A stretch of 17,894 nt of DNA from an uncultured Candidatus Bathyarchaeia archaeon. Its GTDB lineage: Archaea > Thermoproteota > Bathyarchaeia > Bathyarchaeales > Bathycorpusculaceae. Below are positions 1 to 7,690 of the stretch, in pieces. How positions within the stretch are numbered: the first letter of the stretch is position 1; every line of letters begins with the position of its first letter. Position numbers and translations under genes: made by a program. The stretch lies in assembly GCA_964450845.1 (NCBI GenBank), contig CAYVGZ010000026.1:1-17894 (forward strand). Direction: 5' to 3'. The notes under the pieces were generated by a model. The model saw only the letters and a list, made by a program, of their open reading frames with translations, did not search any database and was not told the DNA's origin.

Positions 1-1
1 T

Positions 2-739
2 CGGAAGACTGTGGAAATGAAGATTGCCGGCTCCGGCTTCTGCTGTGCAAATCGCAATTTTGACGCTGAACCCATTGTGGCTTATGGGGCTTCTGAAATG
101 ATGCGTGTCTGGCTACAGAAGAAAATAATTGGCTCTGCAGTTGTTGTTTGTGAGGGAGCCGGCACAGTAATAACATCGAATGGAGAGCTTGTGCAATCAA
201 TCGGCGCTCGTTTAACTGGCATAATCAAAACTTCGCCTATCAAAGAGATTATTGAACACGTTGAAGCAGACGGCGGAGTTGTTTTAGACAACGCTAATGC
301 ACGGATTGACCAAGTTGAAGGTGTTAAACGAGCTTTCGATTTAGGCTTTAAACGTGTTGCCGTAAGTGTTGCAGGCTTCCAAGCTAAGGATATAAGTCAA
401 ATCAGAAATTTTGAGGCTAGTGCAGAAAAGGATGTTTCGGTCTTTTCTGTCTGCAACACATGTGTAGGCAATGCGGACGTGACGCACATAGCCAAAGCAG
501 ATGTTGCCTGTGCAAGTGCTTCGAACCTGCTTCGAGCGGAAATCGGAAAAAAAGCATTACTACAGTTAGGTGTTACGATTCCAGTTTATGCCTTATCTGA
601 TAAGGGCAAAAGGCTTGTTTTAGCTTATCTAGCCGAGTTTAAAGACAAACTTGCTGTTTTCAGAACACACAAACTACCATACCAAACGGAAGGTAGAGGT
701 CCAAGGCTTAAGGGTTATGTGGACAGCCGAAAACCTTGA
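2..739 (+). CDS. DUF2099 family protein (methanogenesis marker protein 8), 5'-truncated by the window edge
   Basis: The frame is open from position 2. Motifs GFCC..R, AYGASEMM, AVVVCEGAGTVI, VQSIGARLTGIIKTSPI, ARIDQVEGV, ADVACASAS and LQLGVTIPVYAL match my recollection of DUF2099/marker 8. Confidence 0.85.
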   Translation, partial: RKTVEMKIAGSGFCCANRNFDAEPIVAYGASEMMRVWLQKKIIGSAVVVCEGAGTVITSNGELVQSIGARLTGIIKTSPIKEIIEHVEADGGVVLDNANARIDQVEGVKRAFDLGFKRVAVSVAGFQAKDISQIRNFEASAEKDVSVFSVCNTCVGNADVTHIAKADVACASASNLLRAEIGKKALLQLGVTIPVYALSDKGKRLVLAYLAEFKDKLAVFRTHKLPYQTEGRGPRLKGYVDSRKP

Positions 740-831
740 AAACAGATTTCTTTTGCACATTCCCTTTTTCAAAAACAAATATTCTTATTACATACATGAA
801 TAAACATTTAGATTTGAATGGTGGAGTTTCC

Positions 832-1587
832 TTGGACAAATGGAAATATTATGATATTTGCCTCAAGAGGCATCTGTTATGCAATCCGATAAGTGAAGAG
901 AAGTTCGAAAGATTGTGCAGACTCCTCAGACTAGAACGGGGAGCCCGCGTGTTAGATATAGCCTGTGGAAAAGGGGAATTTCTAATCAGATTAGCAGAAC
1001 TGTATGACATATCTGGCGTGGGTGTAGACATATCGCCTTACTGCATCAGAGATTGCTTGGAGAAACACAAAAACCGTCTGCCAAATTCCAACATCAAGTT
1101 CATAGAAATGGATGGCGCAAAATACAAACCTGAACCCTCTGAGGCTTTCGATTTAGCCATGTGCATAGGGGCAAGCTGGGTATATGGAGGCTACCGAGGA
1201 ACAGTACAAGCCCTGAAGAAAGTAACAAAACCCAACGGATTAGTAATAATAGGAGAGACCTTTTGGTTGAAAGAGCCAAGTGAGGAGTATTTGAGGGCGG
1301 ATGGGTTTCGAAGAGACGAGTATGGCCCTCACTACGACAATGTAAGAGTAGGCGAGGAAGAGGGATTATCCTGCATTTACACGCTTGTAAGCAACCATGA
1401 TGATTGGGACCATTACGAGACGCTTCACTGGTGGTCGATAGACGAGTACGTAAGGGCTCACCCTGAAGATCCAGATGTTCCAGAATTATTGGAGCGAAAC
1501 AGACGAGAAAAAGAAACATATCTCCACTGGCGAAGGGAGACATTGGGTTGGGCCATATACGTTTTTAGGAAACATAACCCTACCTAA
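832..1587 (+). CDS. Class I SAM-dependent methyltransferase, YjhP-like
   Basis: Motif I VLDIACGKGE, motif II GVDIS, LAMCIGASW, LVIIGETFW, plus N-terminal LCNPISEEK and C-terminal LGWAIYVF, similar to E. coli YjhP. Start refined to TTG 832 behind GGTGGAG. The ORF track start is 736 and there is an in-frame ATG at 796. Confidence 0.85.
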   Translation: MDKWKYYDICLKRHLLCNPISEEKFERLCRLLRLERGARVLDIACGKGEFLIRLAELYDISGVGVDISPYCIRDCLEKHKNRLPNSNIKFIEMDGAKYKPEPSEAFDLAMCIGASWVYGGYRGTVQALKKVTKPNGLVIIGETFWLKEPSEEYLRADGFRRDEYGPHYDNVRVGEEEGLSCIYTLVSNHDDWDHYETLHWWSIDEYVRAHPEDPDVPELLERNRREKETYLHWRRETLGWAIYVFRKHNPT

Positions 1588-1711
1588 AAAGTGGAAGTTC
1601 AGAAAACTTGGGAAAAGCCAAGGTAACTGAAAGAAAATAGCGCAACAACCAAAAGCCTTAAGTGTTAATGCAATGTTATGTTTTTTGTCAAAAAATAAGG
1701 TGTTGAATAGA

Positions 1712-2206
1712 TTGGCTGTTGAAGGTTTTTCAAGAAACAGACAACCCGTAGATGCGAAAGTTGGCGAATTGAGTCCGGCTTCTAGAGCCGTAAACGTCAC
1801 AGCGAAAGTAATTTCAAGGAGCGAAGTTAGAAATATTGCCGCTGGAAGAGATGGAGCACCACACCGTGTTTGCGACGCTTTGGTCGGCGACGAAACAGGC
1901 TGTGTCTACCTAACCCTGTGGGACGATAACATCGAAAAAGTGAACGACGGCGACACCATAAAAGTAGGAAACGGTTATGTAAGTCTTTTCAGAGGCAACA
2001 TGCGCTTGAATGTTGGCAGATACGGCACCCTAGAGGTCGCAAAAGAAGCATTAGCAGGCGAAGTAAACACTGAAAACAACATGTCCAGCAAAGTCTATGA
2101 ACAAGAGAGACGCCCATTCAGAAGAGGCGGTGGACGAGACTACGGTGGTCGCGGAGACTACGGTGGACGAGATAGAAGAGGCGGCTACAGACCAAGAAGA
2201 TACTAG
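1712..2206 (+). CDS. ssb: Single-stranded DNA-binding protein, single OB fold (crenarchaeal SSB/RPA-like) with RGG-rich tail
   Basis: KVGEL.P....VNVTAKV, ALVGDETG.VYLTLWD and NGYVSLFRGNMRLNVGRYG align with the Sulfolobus SSB OB fold, followed by a G/R-rich tail. Start refined to TTG 1712 behind AAGGTG. Confidence 0.9.
   Translation: MAVEGFSRNRQPVDAKVGELSPASRAVNVTAKVISRSEVRNIAAGRDGAPHRVCDALVGDETGCVYLTLWDDNIEKVNDGDTIKVGNGYVSLFRGNMRLNVGRYGTLEVAKEALAGEVNTENNMSSKVYEQERRPFRRGGGRDYGGRGDYGGRDRRGGYRPRRY
2128..2172 (+). repeat. Short intragenic repeats encoding the GGRDY/GGRGDY tail of SSB
   Basis: GAGACTACGGTGG occurs at 2136-2148 and 2154-2166. CGGTGGACGAGA occurs at 2128-2139 and 2161-2172. Confidence 0.8.
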
Positions 2207-2221
2207 CAACTTCACGTTTCC

Positions 2222-2228
2222 AAAAAAA
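2222..2228 (-). terminator. Oligo-T tract, putative archaeal intrinsic terminator of the minus-strand methyltransferase
   Basis: T7 on the - strand, 8 nt after the stop at 2236, in the convergent gap with ssb. Confidence 0.4.
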
Positions 2229-2235
2229 TTTCCAA

Positions 2236-3015
2236 TTATTTTCTTCTAAGCAATGTCATAGGTCTGTTCATTTTCTTCGCTTTTTCTAAAGACTCTGCCA
2301 AGCTGAAGTTGTTATACCAACCTAAAAACTTGAATTGCCCATGCTTTTCAACCAGTTCTAAGAATTCTTGTGGAAAAATTATTTTGTCTACTTTCTCCGT
2401 TTTGAAAACAGTTGTTTTCCCTTCTTCAAAAACTTCAACGATGAGTCTGTCGATGATTTTTTGTTCAACGAGACTCATGGGAACCTGCTCCCAAGTAACA
2501 TTCACTGTTAACCCATTTTTTATTATGGTCCACCTTTCTCTGCCCAGCCCAGTCCAATCAAAATCAATGGAAGCATCAATCAAATATAGTCCACCACTTC
2601 CCAAACAACCTGCAACAGAGTCTAAATGCGAAAGAAAATCCCTATTTGATTCAATTGAAATTGAGCCAAGCATGCAGAAGATGAAATCAAACTTTTCCTT
2701 TGTTTCAAAGCTGCGCATATCTGCATGAACCGTCTTTATTTTAATTCCAGCTTTACGTGCCTTCTTCAAAGAATAATCAAGCATTGCGCTGCTAAGGTCC
2801 AAACCAGTAAAAACGTAGCCACGTTTAGCCAGTTCCAGCATGTAAGGGCTTGGTCCACATCCAATGTCAAGAACTTTGTTGACTTTAATTTTCGAGAACT
2901 TTCTGATGCATTCTTCGAAAAAATCTACTTCTTTGCTTATGTCTCTAAAACCGAATGCGACATCATAATAGAAAGGAGAATCATACAAATCAGGCGGTTT
3001 TTTCTCCATTCCCAT
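2236..3015 (-). CDS. Class I SAM-dependent methyltransferase (Methyltransf_25-like)
   Basis: Motifs VLDIGCGPS, TGLDLSSAMLD, HADMRSF, FDFIFC and GGLYLID. Start is ATG 3015 or 3009 (ORF track gives 3042). Confidence 0.85.
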   Translation of the reverse strand: MGMEKKPPDLYDSPFYYDVAFGFRDISKEVDFFEECIRKFSKIKVNKVLDIGCGPSPYMLELAKRGYVFTGLDLSSAMLDYSLKKARKAGIKIKTVHADMRSFETKEKFDFIFCMLGSISIESNRDFLSHLDSVAGCLGSGGLYLIDASIDFDWTGLGRERWTIIKNGLTVNVTWEQVPMSLVEQKIIDRLIVEVFEEGKTTVFKTEKVDKIIFPQEFLELVEKHGQFKFLGWYNNFSLAESLEKAKKMNRPMTLLRRK

Positions 3016-3127
3016 AATGCATCCGCTGTTCCTTAAATTCAATTTGAACCAGTCTTGTTTTTTGAATCGGATATATATATTTATGGTGAGTGAGCGTCAA
3101 TAACGAAGTTTTCCGTTAAAGCATACC

Positions 3128-3141
3128 GTAACCTTTTAAAA
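3128..3141 (+). promoter_or_regulatory. Putative BRE/TATA promoter of malic enzyme
   Basis: GTAACC-TTTTAAAA about 45 nt upstream of the start codon. Confidence 0.5.
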
Positions 3142-3185
3142 CTCTAATTTCTAAAAACAACAACACCTCATTAAAGGAGAAAATT

Positions 3186-4571
3186 ATGATGACTCAAACA
3201 AAAAAAGAGGAAAGAAAACCAACAGTAGAAGAATTGTTGGCTAAAGCCAAAAAACCATCACAGTTAGCTACGCCAATGCATAAGTTTTATGAAGGAAAAG
3301 TGCAAGTGATGCCAAAATGCGCCATAACAAGCCCTAAAGACTTTGCAATATGGTATACGCCGGGCGTCGCTGTTCCATGCAAAGAAATTCAAGCAAACCC
3401 AGACAAGTCCTTCGAACTTACAAACCGTTGGAACTATGTAGCTGTAGTATCAGACGGCACCCGTGTATTGGGTTTAGGCGACATAGGTCCAGAAGCAGCC
3501 ATGCCTGTTATGGAAGGAAAAGCTTTACTCTTCAAATACTTAGGCGGCGTAGATGCCTTTCCAATTTGCCTAAAAACCAAAGACCCAGAAGAAATAATCC
3601 ACGCATGCGAGCTTATTGAACCTTCATTTGGCGGCATAAACCTAGAAGACATACAGAAACCAAAATGCTTCCATGTTCTGGAAAAAGCAAGAGAACGCCT
3701 AAAAATCCCCGTTTGGCACGATGATCAACAGGGAACAGCCACAGTAATTCTTGCAGGCTTGATAAACGCATTCAAAATAGTAGGCAAAAAACCGAAAGAA
3801 AGCCTCATAACCTTAGTGGGCGCAGGCTCAGCGAACCTTAGAACAGCTTACGTCTTAATAAGATGGGGCATAAAACCTGGCAACATAATAATGGTAGATA
3901 CCAAAGGCACAATTTATCCAGGCAGGAACGACATAATAAAAGAAGAAGACCCATGGAAATATGATCTAGCCCAAAAAACAAACGCGGAAGGCAGGAGAGG
4001 TGATATACCAGAAGCTTTCAAGGGCGTAGACGCCGTTGTAGCCGCATCAAAACCCGGACCAGGCACAATAAAGAAGGAATGGATAGCTACGATGGCTGAC
4101 AATTCAATAATCTTCGCCTGTGCAAATCCGATACCTGAAATATGGCCGTGGGAAGCTGCAGAAGCTGGAGCCCGCATAGTAGCCACAGGTAGAAGCGACT
4201 TTCCAAATCAAGTCAATAATAGTCTAGGCTTTCCAGCCATCTTCCGAGGCGTCCTTGACGTTAAGGCAAAAACCGTCACAGATGACATGTGCATAGCAGC
4301 AGCCAATGAGCTTGCAAAATTTGCAGAAGAAAGAGGAATGCATGACAAGGATATTCTGCCAAGAATGGAGGAATGGGAAGTTTACCCGCGGGAAGCAGTG
4401 GCATGTGCTTTGAAATCCATAGAGCAGGGCGTGGCAAGAGTCAAACCAAGCAGACAAGAGCTTTACGAAAGAGCCGTGGCGATAATCCAAAACGCCAGAG
4501 ACTCTGTAAAAGTGCTAATGAAAGAGGGTTTAATAAGGCAGGCGCCACCAGAAGAGGAACTACTAAAATAA
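3186..4571 (+). CDS. mae: NAD(P)-dependent malic enzyme (short archaeal/bacterial type, no PTA fusion)
   Basis: YTPGVA, VVSDGTRVLGLGDIG, VMEGKALLFK, INLEDI, HDDQQGTA, GAGSA, ACANPIPE and NNSLGFPAIFRG are all malic enzyme motifs. AAAGGAG RBS upstream. Confidence 0.95.
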   Translation: MMTQTKKEERKPTVEELLAKAKKPSQLATPMHKFYEGKVQVMPKCAITSPKDFAIWYTPGVAVPCKEIQANPDKSFELTNRWNYVAVVSDGTRVLGLGDIGPEAAMPVMEGKALLFKYLGGVDAFPICLKTKDPEEIIHACELIEPSFGGINLEDIQKPKCFHVLEKARERLKIPVWHDDQQGTATVILAGLINAFKIVGKKPKESLITLVGAGSANLRTAYVLIRWGIKPGNIIMVDTKGTIYPGRNDIIKEEDPWKYDLAQKTNAEGRRGDIPEAFKGVDAVVAASKPGPGTIKKEWIATMADNSIIFACANPIPEIWPWEAAEAGARIVATGRSDFPNQVNNSLGFPAIFRGVLDVKAKTVTDDMCIAAANELAKFAEERGMHDKDILPRMEEWEVYPREAVACALKSIEQGVARVKPSRQELYERAVAIIQNARDSVKVLMKEGLIRQAPPEEELLK

Positions 4572-4640
4572 AATGGGCTGAATCAGATAAGCGATAACCA
4601 TAAACAACGATAAAATTCCCCGTTTTTGCCCTTCAACCGT

Positions 4641-4655
4641 AGAAAATTATTTAAA
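4641..4655 (+). promoter_or_regulatory. Putative BRE/TATA promoter of the HhH membrane protein
   Basis: AGAAAA-TTATTTAAA about 40 nt upstream of ATG 4695. Confidence 0.55.
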
Positions 4656-4694
4656 CTCTTCCGCAGAACATAAAGGGATTAGGGAGAAAACAGC

Positions 4695-5165
4695 ATGCGT
4701 TCAGATTACGCACTCTACATGGTAGCAGTAATATTTTTCATTCTGACAGGCATAGTGCTTGCCTATCAAATAGAACTCAAAGAATTGTGGGTCGTAACAA
4801 CCGCTATACTGGGACTTCTATTCATAGGTCTAGGCTACACCCAGAAACCAAGGACACAAGCCATAAGAGTTGAAGCACCCCCGCAGACACCTGCACCAGA
4901 AATGCCAACGCCTTCACCCGTTACAGAAGTTATGACAGAAGAAAAAGTGGAAACTGTTATGGAGGTTGCACCGCCAAAAGTGGAGCTTACACAAGTGAAG
5001 GGCATCGGAGAAAAGCGGGCACAACAATTAAAAGCTCTGGGCATAAGTGGCGTTGAACACTTAGCAGAGGCTTCAGCCGAAGATTTAGCCGAAAAACTGA
5101 AGATTTCACCGAAAATCACTGGACGATGGATTGAAAACGCAAAGAATCTCGCTGAAAAATCCTAA
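4695..5165 (+). CDS. Membrane-anchored helix-hairpin-helix protein (2 N-terminal TM helices, Pro/Glu linker, C-terminal HhH_5/DUF4332-like domain)
   Basis: Two hydrophobic segments within about the first 50 aa. Linker APPQTPAPEMPTPSPVTE. C-terminal LTQVKGIGEKRAQQLKALGI...LAEASAEDLAEKLKISPKITGRWIENAK. GGGAG RBS and TATA upstream. Confidence 0.8.
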   Translation: MRSDYALYMVAVIFFILTGIVLAYQIELKELWVVTTAILGLLFIGLGYTQKPRTQAIRVEAPPQTPAPEMPTPSPVTEVMTEEKVETVMEVAPPKVELTQVKGIGEKRAQQLKALGISGVEHLAEASAEDLAEKLKISPKITGRWIENAKNLAEKS

Positions 5166-5180
5166 AGTCAAAGTGAAACT

Positions 5181-5450
5181 TTAGTTTACAATTCCCAAGA
5201 TTCTTATTATATTCCTTCTTTCCAGCCTTCTTATAGCATCTAAAAACTCGTTCTTTTTCTTGCCAGTTAACTCGAAGTTTTTGAGCATGTCTTTTATTGG
5301 CATTTCCGGCTTTCCGAAACCTGCGTTTCTTTTGTAGAGGTGTTTCACTATCAGCCGTTCTAGCTTTCCACACCTCCAAGTGGTGTTGCGAATGAGAACC
5401 ACTATTGCCCTAACAAGCCTCTTTGTTTCGCTATTTCTTTTTCCAGTCAA
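5181..5450 (-). CDS. Small basic hypothetical protein, possibly winged-helix
   Basis: 89-aa ORF that fills the gap between two genes. It is K/R-rich, and the C-terminal EFLDAIRRLERRNIIRI resembles a wHTH recognition helix plus wing. TTG start. Confidence 0.6.
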   Translation of the reverse strand: MTGKRNSETKRLVRAIVVLIRNTTWRCGKLERLIVKHLYKRNAGFGKPEMPIKDMLKNFELTGKKKNEFLDAIRRLERRNIIRILGIVN

Positions 5451-5530
5451 GATTTCTTCACAGTTATAGTTTTATCCGTAAACGTTTTTAGGGTTTGCGC
5501 TCAAATGAAGTGGAATTGAGGAGAATTGAT

Positions 5531-5956
5531 GTGTTAAAGGGACAAGCGGGAAGAATGTGTTTTTCGCGTATACTAGAAGGCGAAGACTTGGCTGAAGCCA
5601 TTAAAAAAAGAGCGGAAGAAAGCGGCATAAAAGCAGGAATTTTCTTACTGATTGGAAGTTTGAAAGAAGTGATGCTGGGATACTACAAAGATGAAAAATA
5701 CAAGTCTATTCGATTGGATGGTCCTTTAGAAATAGTTTCATGTATGGGAAATATAGCGGTTGACGAAAGAGGCGAAGTAATGATTCATCCACATGTGGTT
5801 GTAGCGAATGAGAAGGGCGAGGCTTTCGGCGGTCACTTAATGGCGGGTTCTCATGTTGGCGCAACAGCAGAACTAGTGATGATTGAAGCAGTAGGAGTAA
5901 AATTGCAGAGGGTTTTTGACGAAAAAACAAAGCTAAAATTGTGGAGGTTAGGTTAA
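5531..5956 (+). CDS. PPC domain / DUF296 family protein
   Basis: RILEGEDL, IGSLKEV, LEIVSCMGNI, HPHVVV and GGHL are the DUF296 signature with its His metal ligands. Start refined to GTG 5531 behind GAGGAG (ORF track gives 5495). Confidence 0.9.
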   Translation: MLKGQAGRMCFSRILEGEDLAEAIKKRAEESGIKAGIFLLIGSLKEVMLGYYKDEKYKSIRLDGPLEIVSCMGNIAVDERGEVMIHPHVVVANEKGEAFGGHLMAGSHVGATAELVMIEAVGVKLQRVFDEKTKLKLWRLG

Positions 5957-6400
5957 GTCCTTTTTTAGGTATATTCCGTGGACATTTCCATAATAGTTTT
6001 TAAGTTTTGCAACTTTTTTGTATCCAAATTTTTGATAAAGCCTTAACGCTGCAATGTTGTCTTCCCTTACTTCAAGATGACATGCTTTAACACCTTTTTC
6101 TTTGAAGATTTTTTCAGTTTCTTGCAGAAGTTTGTGTGCGGTTCCTTTTCGACGGTGGATGGGTGAGATGTCTATTGTTAGTATATGTCCAGTCAGCGAG
6201 TTTCTTTCAGGGTATATCGTGCCTATGATAAAGCCAATGATTTCGCCATTTGCCTTTGCGACTAAACTTACAGAATTATAATCAGTCAGCAAACGTGCAA
6301 TTTGCTGCTTTGTGAAAGCCTCTCTGTCAAAGCATTCCATTTCAATCTCATATAGCCTAGCCAAATGGCGAATTGACGCGTCCTCTATAGTTATCGACAT
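5948..6400 (-). CDS. rimI: GNAT N-acetyltransferase, RimI / archaeal Ard1-like
   Basis: HILTIDISPIHRRKGTA (acetyl-CoA motif A), LEVREDNIAALRLYQKFGY and KNYY. Overlaps the convergent DUF296 gene by 9 bp. Confidence 0.88.
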   Translation of the reverse strand: MSITIEDASIRHLARLYEIEMECFDREAFTKQQIARLLTDYNSVSLVAKANGEIIGFIIGTIYPERNSLTGHILTIDISPIHRRKGTAHKLLQETEKIFKEKGVKACHLEVREDNIAALRLYQKFGYKKVAKLKNYYGNVHGIYLKKDLT

Positions 6401-6435
6401 TCAATCCTCTTTTTAACATGAAGCGAAAGCAAGAT

Positions 6436-7536
6436 TTAGGTTTTTTCCGTTTCAGACATAACCATTTTATTGTTTTTGTCTGTTGCAGTTATTCCTTTAA
6501 AACCAAGCCATTGCTGTGCTGCAAATCCTATGATAAACCTAAACCACAACGTTAAAAGTCTGATCAAAATTGTTACCGTTGCGCTTGTTTGTGCGGGCAC
6601 ACCAACAATAATGAATAGAGTCGTCAGTGTCATTTCAGGTAGACCAACTTCAAAAGGAAGACCTATCGGTACGGATTTCGCTGCTGCAAAAATTGAGCAT
6701 ATCACCAGTATTGCGCCCCAACTAATGGAAGTATATCCGATGGATAAAAATGACAGATAAAAGACAGTTACAGCTAGAATCCATGAAATAATAGAAAAGG
6801 ACGAGGCTATAACCAGCGTTTTAGGGGCATGACCAAATTCCCTCATTGCACCATGAAAAGCCTTGGCAGCTTCGACAACTTCTTTCCTAACCATGGTTAA
6901 CTTCCAGCGGCCTCTACTTATCCACTCCGCAAACCGTATTATTACATCGACTATTCGTAGGGTCCACTTTTCCTTAATACATAAAAGCAAGAGCAATAAA
7001 AGGAAAACAAAAGTCAATGCTATAAGAATTAATGTAATGAGGATTAATGTGAAGTTGAGCGTAGTTCCGAAGAGCTGTCTCTCCATAAGCAAAAGAATAG
7101 CTCCCACTAAAAGAGTGACGATGTTTATACCCATGCCGATAAGCCTTTGAGCAACGAGCGACGCCGTAACTTTTCCTGTGGTTCCATTCTGTTCCTTCGT
7201 TACTAAATAGAGTTTTGAGATTTCTCCGCTTATTGATTCTGTGGGAATCAGTATGTCCATGAATATTCCAAACCATACGAAAAGCAGTGACTTGACTATT
7301 GAAAGTTTCACGGACAGAAACTTGAGCAGAAACCGCCATGCAAGAGTGAAAAACAATGTGTCAAGCAAGACGGCAACAGCTGCTAACAAGTAGATATAGA
7401 TGTTTATGCCTTGGATGATGGCAATGATCTCTAAAATGTCTACATTGAAAATGTATATGTATGCGAAGAAGGCTGCTAGTCCTATGAGTGGAAAAATGGC
7501 GGCTTTCCAAGTGACCTTGTACTTCGCTGAAACCAT
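6436..7536 (-). CDS. UPF0104 / lysylphosphatidylglycerol synthase TM-like (flippase-like, AglD2-type) membrane protein
   Basis: Multi-TM protein with LAWRFLL, P...SGE..K and GLPFEVGLPE..RLLTLW motifs. Start probably ATG 7536 (ORF track gives 7548). Confidence 0.82.
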   Translation of the reverse strand: MVSAKYKVTWKAAIFPLIGLAAFFAYIYIFNVDILEIIAIIQGINIYIYLLAAVAVLLDTLFFTLAWRFLLKFLSVKLSIVKSLLFVWFGIFMDILIPTESISGEISKLYLVTKEQNGTTGKVTASLVAQRLIGMGINIVTLLVGAILLLMERQLFGTTLNFTLILITLILIALTFVFLLLLLLLCIKEKWTLRIVDVIIRFAEWISRGRWKLTMVRKEVVEAAKAFHGAMREFGHAPKTLVIASSFSIISWILAVTVFYLSFLSIGYTSISWGAILVICSIFAAAKSVPIGLPFEVGLPEMTLTTLFIIVGVPAQTSATVTILIRLLTLWFRFIIGFAAQQWLGFKGITATDKNNKMVMSETEKT

Positions 7537-7690
7537 GAAGGTTTGCACCTAAACGTGAAAGCAAAAGGATTGTAGCTTTATTATATATTTTACCTATTTC
7601 CGCCGCAAAACAGCCATTTTCTAGGCAAAATTCTTTCTGTTTGGCAAGATTTAATTGCATTGGCACGCTAATGTTCAATTGGTGTCGATA

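Noticed and set aside
1598-1631. Hairpin read as an archaeal SECIS element
   Set aside because: It does not match the GAA/A plus short G-C helix pattern well, and no nearby gene has an in-frame TGA at a Cys-equivalent position. It is kept only as an unexplained dyad.
5948-6400. Acetyltransferase as the ac4C 'writer' partner of the ParB-ASCH 'eraser'
   Set aside because: It is a stand-alone RimI/Ard1 protein GNAT. ac4C writers (TmcA/Nat10) are large helicase-GNAT fusions, and this gene is 6 kb away with unrelated genes in between.
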